NCBI RefSeq assembly: GCF_009914755.1
Contig: NC_060928.1
Length of the DNA: 64,000 bases
DNA from: the human T2T-CHM13v2.0 reference genome, Homo sapiens
Reading direction: 5' to 3' (one strand)
Below, one piece after another: positions 28,073 through 43,123 of this stretch. Numbering within the stretch: position 1 is the stretch's first letter; each line of letters opens with the position of its first letter. The notes below the pieces were generated by a model, which worked only from the letters and a program-made list of their open reading frames with translations, made no database searches and was not told the origin of the DNA. The translations under genes and the position numbers were made by a program.

Positions 28073-30138
28073 GAAGCAGTCATATAACATATTCATGATA
28101 GCAATATACCATATACCATATTCTTGTCATATAGTGCAATGTAATTATGGGAGTGACATAGAATGGCTTTTGCCATGTTCTATTAGATAGAAGTAAGAGA
28201 GAAACCTCATTCATATTCAAAGAGAAGGAGTTACATAAATGCATGAATACCACTGGATGAAAATAATTGGAGGCTAACCTAGAGTCTGTCCTACAAAATA
28301 ACTAATGTAACATCTTATAGGCTGAAACAGACTCAATTCAAACGGCTTTATCACTGCTCAGTGATCACTGCCCAGTTTTCTACGTTATTTACTTTACATA
28401 ATGTTTTCTATAGACATCAAACACTTTGAGTTTTAAAACATTTCCAAGTGATAGTTATTGTAATGCATTTAATTTTATTTGTAATCTTATAATACTAGCA
28501 AGTTTTTGTTCTATTTCCATATTTTGGTATACATATTCATGGTATAACAAGCAGATACCTAGCAGTGCTTTTAGAACATGATTATATCATTCATAACCTG
28601 TTAGACTGATACTTATTTTCTATTTCTGCTCTTTCAACTCAGAAAATGTAGATCATATTTGTCTTATAATTTAAAGATATAAATAATGTAATCAGACATA
28701 CTGTATCAATCCAATTTTACACTGTTATAAAAAAACTGCCCAAGACTGGTAATTTATAAAGAAAAGAGGTTTAATTGACTCACAGTTCTGCATGGCTAGG
28801 GAGGCCTCAGGAAACTTACAACCATGGTGGAAGGCAGCTCTTCACAGAGTAGCAGGAGAGAGAAGAAGTGAATGAGAGGGGAACTATCAAATACTTGTAA
28901 AACCATCACATCTTGTGAGAACTCACTCACTATCATGAGAACAGCATAAAGGGAACCAGCTCCATGACTAGATCACAATGATCTAATCACCTGCCACCAG
29001 GTCTCTCCCTCAACGCCTGAAGATTACAACTCAAGATGATATTTGAGTGAGGACACAAATCCTAACCATATTATTACACCCCTGACCCCTCCCAATCTCA
29101 TGTCTTTTCACAATTTAAACCATTCATGCCTTCCCAACAGTGCCCCAAAGTCTTAACTCATTTCATCATTAACTCAAAAGTCCAAGTGACATCGAATTCA
29201 AGACAAAGCAAGTCCCATCCACCTATAAGCCTGGAAAATCAAAAGCAAGCTAGTTACTTCCTAGGTACAATGGGAGTATAGGCATGGATAAATGCTCCCA
29301 TCCCAAATGGGAGAAATTGGCCAAAACAAAGAGACTACAGGTCCCATGCAAGTTCAAAATCCAGCAGGGTGTTCATCAAATCTTAAAGCCCCAAAATGAT
29401 TTCCTTTGACTCCATGTCTCACATCTAGGTCACAATGATCTAAGGGTTGGGCTCCCACCATCTTAGGCAGCTCCACCCCTGTGGCTTTGCATGGTATAGC
29501 CCTCATCCCAGCTGCTTTCATGGGCTGGCTTTGAGTGTCTGCACCTTTTCCAGGTGCACAATGCAAGCTGTTGGTGGATCTACAATTCTGGAGTCTGGAG
29601 GATGGTGGCCCTCTTCTCATAGCTCCACTAAGCAGTGCCCCAGTGGGGATTCTGTGTTGGGGGCTCTGACCCTACATTTCCCTTCTGCACTGCCCTAGCA
29701 GAGGTCCTCCATGAGGGCTTTGCCCCTGCAATAGACTTCTATCTGGACATCCAGGTGTTTCCATACATCCTCTGAAATATGGGTGAAGGTTCTCAAACCT
29801 CAGTTCTTGGCTTCTGTGCACCCACAGGCTCAACACAACATGGAAGCCTCCCAGGCTTAGGGTTTTCACCCTCTAAAGCAAAGGACCAAGTTGTACCTTG
29901 GCCCCTTTTAGCAATGGCTGCAATGCAGGGCAGCAAAGCCCCGAGCCTGACCCACAAAATCATTTTTTTCTCCTAGGCTTCTAGTCTTGTGATGGGAGGG
30001 GCTGCCAAGAAGACTTCTGACATGTGCAGGAGACATTTTCCCCATTGTCTTGGCAATTAACATTTGGGTCCTCATCACTTATGCAAACTTCTTCAGCCTG
30101 CTTAAATTTCTCCCCAGAAAATTGGTGTTTCTTTTTCT

Positions 30139-30353
30139 TTCTTTTCTTTTTTTTTTTTTTAAATCAACAAACATTTATTTCTCATGGTTTGTGAGGCTGG
30201 GAAGTCCAATATCAAGGCACTGGCAGAGTCCATGTCTGGTAAGGGCCTGCTTCCCGGTTCAAAGATAGCTATTTTCTCACTGCACCCTCTCATGGTGAAG
30301 GGCAAAGCTAGCTCTCTAGGGACTCCTATCAGGAAACTAATCCCAGTTACAAG
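30139..30353 (-). mobile_element. Polyadenylated MLT1A-like LTR fragment inserted in THE1-int
   Basis: GAGGCTGGGAAGTCCAATATCAAGGCACTGGCAGA...CTAATCCCA; T tract at 30139-30160; absent from the homologous THE1 site at ~55520-55545. Confidence 0.8.
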
Positions 30354-30410
30354 TTCTATCACATCATCAGGCTGCAAATTTTCCAAACTCTTATGCTCTG
30401 CTTCCCTTTT

Positions 30411-30715
30411 CTTTCCTTTTTTTTTTTTTTTTTTGAGACAGAGTCTTGCTCTGTTGCCCAGGCTGGAGTGCAGTGGCGTGATGTTGGCTCACTGTAAGCT
30501 CTGCTTCCTGGGTTCACGCCATTCTCCTGCCTCAGCCTCCTGAGTAGCTGGGACTACAGGCGCCTGCCGCCACACCCGGCTAATTTTTTGTATTTTTAGT
30601 AGAGACGGGGTTTCACCGTGTTAGCCAGGATGGTCTCGATCTCCTGACCTCGTGATCTGCCCGCCTCGGCCTCCCAAAATGCTGGGATTACAGGCATGAG
30701 CCACCGCACCCAGCC
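30411..30715 (-). mobile_element. AluY inside THE1-int
   Basis: CACCGTGTTAGCCAGGATGGTCTCGATCTCC; perfect TSD TCTGCTTCCCTTTT followed by AA. Confidence 0.96.
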
Positions 30716-31940
30716 TCTGCTTCCCTTTTAAACAGAAGTTCCAATTTCAGATCATCTCTCTCAAGTTTAATGTTCCACAGATCTCTAGGTCAGGGACAAA
30801 ATGCTGCCAGTCTCTTTGCTAAAGAATGACCTTTGCTCCAGTTCTCAGTAAGTTACTCACCTCCAAATGAAACCACCTCATCCTGGGCTTCATTGTCCAC
30901 ATCACCATCAACATTTTGGCCAAAACTATTCAACAAGTCTCTAGGAGACTCCAAACATTCCCACATCTTCCTGTCTTCCTTTGAGCCCTCCAAACTGTTT
31001 AAACTTCTGCCTGTTACCCAGTTCCAAAGCCGCTTCCACATTTTCGGGCATTGTTATAGCAGTACCCCACTCTACCAGTACCAATTTACTGCATTAATTT
31101 GATTCCACAATGTTATAAAGAACTGCCTGAGATTAGGTAATTTTTTTTTTTTTTAAAGAGAGAAGTTTAATTCAGTCATAGTTCTGCATGCCTCGGGAGA
31201 ACCTTTGGAGACTTCAAATCATGGTGAGAGGCACCTCTTCAAAGGATGGCAGGAGAGAGAAGAAGCAAACAAGAAAGGAGCTGTCAAACACTTATAAAAC
31301 CATCATAGCTCATGAGAACTCACTCACTATCATGAGAACAGGACGGGGGGGAATTGCCTCCATGATCTAACCACCTCCCACCGGGTCTTCTTGCTCAACA
31401 CCTGAGGATTACAATTGAAGATGAGATTTGAGCAGAAACACAAAGCCTAACCATATCACGTACACATACCTGTCACTTATCTCTCAACTGAAAGCCCCAT
31501 ATTGAAAATGTTTTTGTGTATTTCCGTGTTGCTGGTAGTATGTTTAAAAGTTATATTGGATTATAGCTCTTTTTTTGGTTGCTTATAAAAATCCCTAAGG
31601 GAAAAATAAAGATATTATATTTCCAAAATAGCTAAAACATGATGAGTTCTGAAGAAACTCTTTTAAAATGAGTAATGGTTGACTGATAATTACAACTTTT
31701 CAACACCTAATTCAAATTGTTTTCATATCTAGAGGTATACTTTTTTCTTTCTATAGTCACATGAAATGTATCTTGTGTATAGCCAACATTATAGAAATTA
31801 TTCAACAGGGTCAAAAAGCAGCTGTTCAAAAAAGCCCCAGCATGAAAAAGTTTGTGTGGATTTATAGTGATATGCAGATATTCCTTGGCTAATCCAAAGA
31901 CTTGGTTTTGACTAAAAATTGTATTTGAAATGAAATTACT

Positions 31941-32260
31941 GGCCAAGCACAGTGGCTCATGTCTGTAATCCCAGCATTTTGGGAGGCCGAGGCAGCCAGA
32001 TCACTTGAGGTCAAGAGTTTGAGACCAGTTTGGTCAACATGGTGAAACCCCATCTCTACAAAAAATACAAAAATTAGCTGGGTGTGGTGGTGGTAACCTG
32101 TAGTTCCAGCTACTTGGGAGGCTGAGGCACAAGAATCACTTTAATCTGGGAAGCGGAGGTTGCAGTGAGCCAAAATCATGCCACTGTACTCCAGCCTGGG
32201 CGACAGAGTGAGATTCCACCTCAAAAAAATAAAATAAAAAATAAAAAAATAAAGAAAAAA
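31941..32260 (+). mobile_element. AluS (Sx/Sz-like)
   Basis: Dimeric Alu with GATCACTTGAGGTCA; patterned A tail; TSD GAAATTACT/GAAATTGCT. Confidence 0.92.
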
Positions 32261-33766
32261 GAAATTGCTTTTTTTCATAAAAACTATTATGCTATTAAGA
32301 AATGACCAAAAATTTTTTAAAAGTTGCATTTTTGTTTCTTATTTCAAAATGAGGCAAGCACTTTTAGTAAACTAAGCTCATCAGAACTTTAAGAGAATTA
32401 TTAGCTTTATATGTTTATTCATAGCTGTTTAAAGGAGTATCTTAAGCAGTTAGATATTGAAGCTACTTTGTAGAAACTTGGACCCACTTCTAGCACTTTT
32501 TGAACTAGAGGATTTGCATTTCTAACTATCTATCAATTAATTCTCTCTCTCTCTCTTTCTCTCTCTCATCTGTGTATCACGGCTAGTTCTTCAAACAGAG
32601 AAAGAAGGATATCATCACATGTAAAAACTATAGAATGATTGAAAGAAGTAAAGAAAGAGATAAGTATCTTTGCTTTGTTAGCAGTTCTTTGAGGCAATAA
32701 ACTATTTATTGTCTGTTAGCCTCAGTGACCAAAAAAAAATACCTTCTCCTGTGAACCACGTTTGTTTTAAAATAAATCTAAACTGAAATTCAGTTTAAAA
32801 TTACCTAATTCTTAAGCCAATTTCACCACTATAGGGAAAAGTTATTTAGTACACAGTGTCCTTATCTTCTAATGCATGGCAGAGGAGGATCTATGTATAG
32901 TCTTGAAGCCTGTGAGAGTGACTTTAATTTGTAAACATAATTTTTTTCAAATAATTTGCTTTAAATTTTTAAAATATATGCTTCTATGCTATGTTATAAC
33001 TATATTTTGTTGTTGTTGTTTTGTAAAACAGTTTCAAATTCTTAACCCTCAACGGTATCTTCTTATTCAATGAGAATATAATAATCTGCTGATTAATTCA
33101 ATTTCAAAATACTAGAATGAATATGAGTATAACACTATATAGCAAGTTCAAGGTGTCAGAAATTTTTCTTCCTTATAATATCATGCCAGGTGGAATTCCA
33201 GGGTTCTCAAATCTGCGAATAAATATGCAGTCACATTAACAGTAATACTTACGTAATATTGAACTAATACCTGTATATGTAATGCAAAGTCACATCCAAA
33301 TTAATTCTACTTGTATTTTATGATTTTAGGGGTGGTTGTTTGTCATATATGAGAAGAAAACAGTTTCCTTAAATTATTCAGACCAAGACATTATTAGGAA
33401 AGTTTTATTCTTATAAATTATTTGAAGAAGTTATTATTTTTATTTTCTTCTTCCATTGTTGTTATACTATATTTGACAAAATAAATGGAAGAGATCCATA
33501 TCAAATTCTAACCTCTGAAAATATAGCACACATCTTCACTTCTGGAATTCATTGGATATAAAAACTACAGCATCTCATGTAACTGCATACATTCATACAT
33601 ACCTACATAAACACACACACAGAAAATTGACCTGAAAAAGTTGTAGATGGCTTTAGCTGCTTTTGTTCTTACAAGCATGTGATATATACTCTTGTTTAAA
33701 CATGAAGACCAGTATTTTCTTCACATCATTGAGTAACAAAGTGCTTTTGGGTCTTTCTGTAATTAA

Positions 33767-34119
<353 letters not shown>

Positions 34120-34799
34120 AATAAGTAGCATTTTTAGACCATCTCTTTTACTTAGAATAACTGGAAAATCTGGAAAACTAAATTTTAAATAAATTAATGT
34201 GTCTGTCTATGGGTATCAGGGATAGCATAAGCAGCAAATTCTTGATGGTCCAAAAACCCAGGAAATAAATAAAGCTCTGAGATGTAAGCCCAGAACTAGG
34301 CATTACTTTTTCTTTGAAGTATTTTCATTTTAAAAGCTGTGGTTTATGAGCTCAACTAATAAGCTGGGCATTTATCAAACTCATTAGGAATGAAAGTAAA
34401 ATGGAAATTCAGGACCTCTCAAAAAATGGAGACTGTAGTAAATGTCGCAATGCTTTCATTTTGGACCCTTAAAATCACATGTTGGAGTAAGAGCAACCAG
34501 GATAAGACCACCTTCATAGGCAAAGAAACCCATGTTTGAATCATTAAATAATGGATTGACTTAGAGTGATCTTTATAGACAGACTTATACCTAATTTCCA
34601 ACATACTATGGAAACTAACAAACGAAAACACACAAGACGTATAAGACTTGGCTGAAAAATAGGAGGTATGCTCTTTGAATGTGTTAAAAAGGCAATAGAT
34701 ATATTGACCTATAGAAAAGAAACATATGAGAAAAATTCTGAAATAGTAAGAAGAAAATATTTCAACAGAAACTCAAACATAAAAAGACAAAATAAAGAA

Positions 34800-37700
34800 T
34801 TTTTTTGAAACATAGATTAGTAAGTCAAACATGCATAATTAAAATATTAGATAAAAGAAAAAATAGAGTGGAAACAATTTTTGAAAAGACAATCTTAGAG
34901 TTTCCAAAGCTGGCAAAAATTGAAGACACTGTTCCAAGAATATCAATTACTCAAATGTCTTATGAGAAAAAGAAAACCACACATAGCATAGTAAAATTGC
35001 TGAAAACCATAGACAACCAAGAGGAAATCTTAAACACTGCCATAGAATAAAGACAATAAAAATACTATAGACAACAGGTGTCTCACAGATATAGTGGAAT
35101 CAAGAAGAATATGGAGTAACTATACTATGACAAAAGAAAACTGCAAATTAATAATTCTATTACCAAGAAAATAACCTGTCAAAAACTGGCAATAGTACTC
35201 ACATACTAAATGAAATACTAATGGTTTTCCAGCAGAAAAAAGAAAAATAGTGTCAGATGGCAGTCTCGAGATTCAGGAAGGAAGAAATGAAAATGAAATA
35301 TACTAGCAAATCGCCATTACTGTTGATTATTTAAAAATTGCAATAATAGATCATGTAATGTCCCAAACATGCCCAAATTTAAATAAACAACAGGCAAAAT
35401 TTATAATATGATGAGAAATAAATGGATTTAAAGCATTGAAAGATCTTTGCACTCTCTGAGATGTAAAAGCACTTACATTAGACTATCAGTGACTCGTGGT
35501 ATTTTCTGTATGAAAACTACTGAAAGTCCTACAATATTCAATTTATAAACTACTAGAGAAGAAAATTGAAATAAAAATAGAATAAAATAATAAAACGGAA
35601 AGCCGATATTGAATTGGCAAGTTAGGACCTCAATTTGTCAGTTTTATAATTAAACATCAATGCAATAAACATTCTATTAAAAGATAAAATTGAAAACCTT
35701 TGATAAAACATAATAAAAAATACACTGCTTAATACATGATATCTTAAATACAGTAAAACAGATATATTAAAAACAAAAGATGGAAAAGTTATACCCTGCA
35801 AATATTATTCAAAATAAGTATAGCTATGTAAATATTAGGCAAGATTGATTTTTAAGACAAGAATTATTAATCCAGAAAAAGGGACATTTCATAAAGATAA
35901 AAGAATAAATCTGCCAGGAAGATGTAATTATTCCAAATTTGGGAAAACTGATATAATGACCCTAAAATATGTAAATATAAAATTGACTGAACATATATAA
36001 GAATAGACAAATCTTTACTCACAATGGGATATTTTATTACAATACTTTTAGTAAGTGATTGACAAGCAAAAAAAAGTAATGATATAGAAAATTGAACATA
36101 ATTATAAAATAGACTTTGTAGACACATACAAAATGCAGCACATAATCACTTCAGAATGCAAATCTGATTAAGGTATACAAAAATTCCACAAATTCATATT
36201 GATATGCTGTATCATTTCAAATAACTGAAATCATGTTGAATATGGTATCAGAGTATAATAAAATTTAACTAGATTTTTTTAAAAAAAGAATAAAACACTT
36301 GAAAATCTCTAGATGATTGAAAATTAGGAAATAAATTTATAAGTAGCCAATGGGACAAAGAATAAATAACAAAGGAATTTAAAATACGTTGTATGATAAA
36401 TGATTTTAAAAACACTATAAATCAAGTTTATCAGATGCTGTTAAACAAGAAATAACGGGAAATTATATTTTAAAATAAGAAAGCCTAAATAGGAATGATC
36501 TGCTACAGAGTTGGGAAATCAAGGCCCGCAAGCAAATATGGTTCACTGCTCTTTATAAAAATACAGTTTTATGGAAACACAACCACTTGTTCATCTGTCT
36601 ATGGCTATCTTCACACTACAATTGCAGAGTTTAAAAGTTTAGACAGAGACTGTATGGACCATAGAGACTAAAATATTTACTATGTTGTCCTTATAGAAAA
36701 AGTTTGCTAATCCTGGTCTATCTCAAGAAATTACTAAAGGATCAGTGAAATAAGATAATGTGAGATTAAAATAATGAAAAAAATAAATATGATACAAAAT
36801 TAATAAAATATAAAACTACCATTTAATAGAAGATGTCAACAAAGACAAAAAGATGTTTTTGGAAAAAGATCAGCGTAATGAATAAATACATGACAAGACT
36901 AAATAAGAAAAAAGGTCATGCAAAAAACCAACATTAGACATTAATTGAAAATAACCTACAGACACTAGTAATTTTAAAAGATAGTAGGAGGGTACTAAGG
37001 GACAACATTTAAAGTTTAGATAAATTTGGATAAATCAAACAAATCACCAAATTTACTAAATCTAACAAAAGAGAAATATATATTACATTGAATTTATATC
37101 TATTTAATTTAAACTCTGGAATTAAACATTTTTTCCACAAAGAAAAGTGCAAGCATAGATGATTTTCATTATTAATGAAATCTTTCCAACATTTAAGTAA
37201 TGGATAAATAACTTTCTTGTAGAAAATAACTAAGAAGAGAGCATAGTCCAAAAAATTTATGATAGTAGCATAACTTTGATACCAAAATATGACAATATTA
37301 TAATCATACTTACAATGATAACAAATTTCCTAAGCAAACATAGGTATTGTAAATAATCATATGCTCTGGCAAGGATAATACATTACAAGAAATGGTGCTA
37401 ATTCCAAAATGTAAAATAGGTTTAACATCCAAATGTCAGTTCAAATCCTATATTAATAGAAGAGAAAAGATCATTTATATCATCATCTCAATTGATAGAA
37501 CAAAAGCACTCAATATAATTTCACTAATCATTTATAACAAATTCTAGCATTAAACTAAAAATAAAAAGCTCCCTTAGTCTGATAAAAGTAATTAAAAAAT
37601 ACTATAAAAAACATCACACTTAATGATGAAATATGGCTTTCTCCCTGAGATAGGAATGAGGTCAAGATATTTATTATCATGGCTTTTATTCAACTTTCTC

Positions 37701-38030
37701 ACACAAGATTTGTCATGTGCAATATGGAAAAAAATAAGCACATGCCAAGTTTTAAAAAAGAGGTATAATTGGAATTTTTTAAAATAAAATATCATACATG
37801 TAAATATATACGTACTTGTGTGCATATATATGTGCGTGCGTGTATATATAAAGGTCTTGATATTTGTATAAAAATAAGATGAAAATTCAACACTATATTA
37901 AAAGTGGGGTTAGGGAATGTAATATTTACTATAGTTAGATTTGTAAACTGAAGTAATTATTGCAAATATTAATTGTATCTCTGTGAACTAGTAGGAATAA
38001 TAAAAGGAAATAACTGTCTTTTATTCATTT
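34800..38030 (+). mobile_element. Long old L1M remnant (ORF1 to ORF2, disrupted)
   Basis: A-rich; ORF 34805-35050 peptide HSIVKLLKT resembles ORF1p; ORF2 motifs GGGACATTTCATAA and CATAACTTTGATACCAAAA. Confidence 0.8.
36506..36715 (+). mobile_element. MER58A hAT-Charlie MITE inside L1
   Basis: TGTCTATGGCT...CAGAGACTGTATGG...CTAAAATATTTACTAT...AGAAAAAGTTTGCTAATCCTG. Confidence 0.85.
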
Positions 38031-38058
38031 AAGTATGCTAGAATATATTGATGGAGCA

Positions 38059-38423
38059 TGCTATGGGCTAAATTGTATATCCCTCAAAATTCGTGTCAAA
38101 AAAATGTGATCAAAAAATGTGATCAAAAAATGTGTTGATCCCAGTACCCAACAATATTTAAAGTAAGTTAAAATTAGGCCATTCGGATGGGCCCTAATTT
38201 TACGTGAGTAGTGTCCTTGTAAAAAAGAAGAAGATTGGACACACAGAAGACACCAGATTATATACACAAAGAGAAAAAAAATCATCTGGGTACACAGCTA
38301 GAAGGCAATGATCTGCAAGTCAAGGAGAAAGGTCTCAGAAGAAACCAGATCTGCTGACACCTTGATCTTGTCCTTCTAGCCTTCAGTCTTTGGTATTTTG
38401 TTATGGCAGTCTTAGCAAATTGA
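38059..38423 (+). mobile_element. MLT1B-like MaLR solo LTR
   Basis: TGCTATGGGCTAAATTGT...CTGCTGACACCTTGATCTT...GGTATTTTGTTATGGCAG. Confidence 0.8.
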
Positions 38424-41176
38424 GAGAGAGAAGTACTTAGAAAATCGACTTTCAAAAATCTTGTGTTTGATGCTGTAATGAAGAGAGTGAGAAGGGACTG
38501 GAGAAAAGACAGTGGGAGGAAAAGAGTCTACCGATCTTCAAAAACAAAACAGATATTCCTGGAAAGCAGTTGGGTAACATAAAGTTCAAACATTAAAAGT
38601 CCAATTTATACAGCTTATGATGAGCAATTCTACTCTGAGAAAATGCAAAACATCTGAAATAAAGAAACTCCCTACTGACTCTTCTGGTCTCCTAAGAGTA
38701 CCATTTTTGCCTTTGTTTAATTTTACTTTGAATTTTAATTTTTCTGCTTGTATTTTTGCATTCCAAAATATGAAACTGATGTACTGAGGAGCCTCATTGG
38801 GATTCCTGTAACAGTTTTTTTCTTATGAAAAAGGCTCTAGAGTCCTAAAATGGGTTTCGTGGTCCAACTCTTTCGAATCTCCAGCTTGTTTAAACGGAAG
38901 ATTATATATCTCCTCTATGAGTGTTTGCTTGCAAATTGAATAAAGAACTACACTTGATTAAAACAGCATTGCCAAAAAAATCCAAGCAATTCATGACCTT
39001 CCATATGCAGTCTTCTCAGACAACCAAGGGCCTTAAATATTTCACTCACTGTATCTTATGAGAACAGCCTTTCTTGGTGCACAGCCACACATAAATTTAA
39101 AGGTCACAAATTCAAGAAAAATCACTTGTAACAAGCTCCTGCAGGAATTGCTTTATAGGATGGAGAGTGACGACAGTGGTTCTTTTGTGAAAAGAACAAA
39201 GCTCTTTGCCCTTGTCTGTTATTTTGAGAAGCCTATGGCCAACCTGCTTTGAAATCCCATTGTGCTCTTGACACAGTACGTCAAACTGTTATGAGCCAGA
39301 TGTACATCCTTTCAGAAGGGGAAATCAACTGAATGATGGAAAACCTGGCTCAAGTTGGATTATTACCCAGTTCTTTCTGTCTGGAGGAAGAGATTTGGAA
39401 GCAAGAGTAGGATTTTCCCCTAGAGGTACAGAAGACAGCACAGGAATCATGCTTTCTTGCTTTGGATAAGTTCCAAGTTTTTTATGTTAAGTTCAATATT
39501 TCCATCTCTCATGCACACTTATCAGTTGGCTCCCAACTTCAAATTACTTATGTTAGGATAAATTTAATGAGGAAAAGGATATATAAAATAGGAAAGTAAG
39601 CCAGAGTATCTCATAAGTTATTTGTAAAGTTAATGGAAACATGCATCTCCTTAAATAAGAGGAAGAAATTGACAGTTATGGTATATAGTTTCTACAAACA
39701 TGCTCCAAAGAGGATTCCTAAGAGTAAAGCCAGTAGAATAGTAAATATTATGTGTCATCTAATTTGTGTGTATTCACAGAAAAATCTAATGTTGGTTCTA
39801 TAATTATTAAGTAAAATAAACACTGAACTGGAAGCCAAACATGTCTTTCTTAGACTCATAAGGTGTTAGTTGTAAAATTGGGAAGTTTATTTAATGTATT
39901 TTGTGTTACAGACACTGAAATGAGAGAGCACAGATCATAACCTCTGAAATTTCCCGCAGGTTTAACATTCTAAATTGTTTCCCTTTGTTTTTTCTTTAAA
40001 TGTAAAGTCCATTATTTTGTGATTCAACATTATACTTCCTGGATTAAGGAAAATATGCAGGTTTGTATATTGGAATACTAGTGTCTATGTGGCGATGTGT
40101 GTGTTTGTGAGAATATAGCCCACTTTTTTAAAAGTAAATGATCACTCCTCACTCACAGGCTTGGTGCTGTGGGATTATGCTCTTATTCCTCCAATCAGGG
40201 CATCTCTTGAAGAAGTAGTTGTCTCTTTCATGTAAGTAGTTCATAAAAAGGGAAAGTGGAACAGCTGCTCCCAGAGAAGAGGGCACTGCACACATCATTC
40301 AAATTGATGCTCATTCCTCTAGAGTGATCAGTTGAAGTGCTAATGAGGCAGGCTCAGAGCCTCTGGCCTAAATATTCTGAACTTTGCTTTCCCTTTTAGT
40401 ACTGTACTACCTCTACAGTGCAAAATGAAAGTTATAGCTGAGGTCCTTCTCCTAAGCGGTATGTATTTTTCTCAGAACAACTTACTATAGGAAATTATAG
40501 CAAAGGCAGCGGGAGAAAACTTCTATAATGCACAAGTACCCTTTTTCTTATTTTAACTACAAAGATAAGTGACTGCCCTCCTAGAAACCCTCCTGGACAA
40601 GTCACATCTATAAGTTCTTGGGTGAAATTATGTCTCAAGAACTAAAGTCTCCTAAGCTAATTGTGATGTAAGTTTTTGTTGTCATAAGGGTTGTTTTTGA
40701 ATGTAGAGAGTCTATTCAGGAATTTTAAAGTTTCCGTTTCAAAACTTGACTTCTTTTGTAGGTTTTTACATTCAGCTTGCAAATCTTAGCAGAGTATGCA
40801 TGAGTCAGGCATATTTTAATAAACTTTGAATAATTCTATTCTCACCTGTAAATTAAATTCAAAACTTCTTTTTAAATATGTAGAGAGAACCTGCATATTT
40901 ATTTGAATTATTCTTCAGAATTTAATTTTCAGATAAAATAATTTTCTGAGTACTTAAATAACTTTTATAAATATAAATACATATAATTTACAACTACAGT
41001 GAACCTAAAATTCTCTTAAATGTTGCAGAACCATGAATATATTTTAAAAGACTTTAAGACAAATTAGAATGTTAAATCAGCTACTGCCTTACATATCTTA
41101 AATTTAGGTTACAAAGCAGTTATTCCAAAGGACCAAGTTCTCTTAAACATACAACAGTATATGACTGCATACTTAT

Positions 41177-41793
41177 TGTAAGCCAAAAAGTATCTGAGAC
41201 AGATCTCAATCAATTTAGAAAGTTTATTTTGCTAAGGTTAGGAACATACTTGTGACACAGCCTCAGGAAGTCCTGAAGACATGTACCCAAGGTGGTTGGG
41301 GCACAGCTGGTTTTATACGTTTTCGGGTGACATGACACATCAATCAATATATATATAAGATTTACATTGGTTAGGTCCAGGAAGGTGGGACAACTTGAAG
41401 CAGGGAGGGGGCTTCCAGGTCATAGGAAGATAAGAGACAAACATATTCCTTTGAGTTTCTGATTAGCCTTTTGCTGAATGCACAATCTACAAAAATAGTC
41501 ACTTATGCCTTAGTCTGGCTTAGTGAAACAATAGGGCAAAAGAAATAATTTGATATGTATTTATCTCACATGAGCAGAGGGATTACTTTGAATTCTGCCT
41601 GTCCTTTGTCCACAAGGAACTTCTTTGTGGGCAAGTTGTGAGGGAGGTTTTGTAGCTTTATTATTATTTTTAAAAATCTCTGTATCTGTCTTATTTAAAA
41701 ATAGAATGGGAGGCAGGTTTGCTTTACACAGTTCCCAACTTGACTTCTCCCTTTGGCTTAGTGATTTTAGGGTCCCAAGATTTTCCTTTCACA
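41177..41793 (-). mobile_element. MER4A-family solo LTR
   Basis: Minus strand starts TGTGAAAGGAAAATCTTGGGACCC; plus strand has TATCTGAGACAGATCTCAATCAATTTAGAAAG; TSD TTAT/TTGT. Confidence 0.88.
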
Positions 41794-42414
41794 TTGTTCT
41801 CTAGCTTTGGTTTTCCTATTTACAGCTTCTTATTATACATATGTTGGTTCCTCTTTTTTAATCCTCTATATTTACTACTTTCTCACAGTTATTTTAATCT
41901 CATTTTAAATGTGGGTTTTTCCTACATTTTTATCCTAGATTTTTGATATGCTATTTTGTGTTATGTTAGTTACTCTTGTTCTCCTCATATTTCAAACTGT
42001 ATTTCTAAACTGATTTTTCTCTTTCACTTCCATTTTTTTGTTGGTCTCTGTATGCTCTGTTCTCATGTCTTTCTTTGTCAAATCATCTCATTTCTGAGTT
42101 TTAAAAATTCTAATACATACAGATTAAAGTTTTTTTTAAATTTAAATATTTTCAAAATGTTAGTTTACAGTTTTATGTTTTGTGAGTACATATTTTCCAT
42201 GGGAATTCTTGTTTGTAAAACAATTATTCTGTTTTATATTTCCTTTTGTATTAATATAAAGTTTGATTTTAATCATTTTCTCTGTCTTATATTTAGGTGA
42301 GGTACATATTTCTATAGGAGGTAGTTGCTGTGTAGGAATAAGAGGTTTTGAGACTGAATCTCTAGGGCTTCTTTTTTTCTTGTTACAAGTGTTATAACAT
42401 TTGAACTTACTTAA

Positions 42415-42763
<349 letters not shown>

Positions 42764-43123
42764 TCCTTCAACTTTTATTCAGACCTTTTGTTGTTGTACC
42801 CAAATTTCCTGTTCTATTCAATTTGGATTTGACTTTCTCAAATTTTATACTGTTGAAATGTCAAGTTGTATATTAAAATAGAAGGAAATTTCAGTAGTAA
42901 ATTGCCAGAGTTTATGAAATAAAAGCATCCTAAAACTCACTGAATTTCCAGTGGTCTCTTCATTTGTCAGTAAATTGGAGACTATAAAGGTTGTTCCTAG
43001 TTTTGGTTGCTATTCTCAAAGCATGCCATTAAACTTTATACATATATTGGGGACCCCTCCATTTAAAGATGAATATCTGTTGGCTATTTCTGAGTTCTCC
43101 AGCTCTAAAGAACATTAAAAAAC

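Larger units (their letters stand above)
28702..31458 (-). mobile_element. THE1 (THE1C/D-like) MaLR: LTR 28702-29073, internal region, LTR 31090-31458
   Basis: Two homologous LTRs flank THE1-int; TSD CATAC/CGTAC; remnant peptide WNWVTGRSLNSLEGSKEDRKMWE. Confidence 0.92.
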
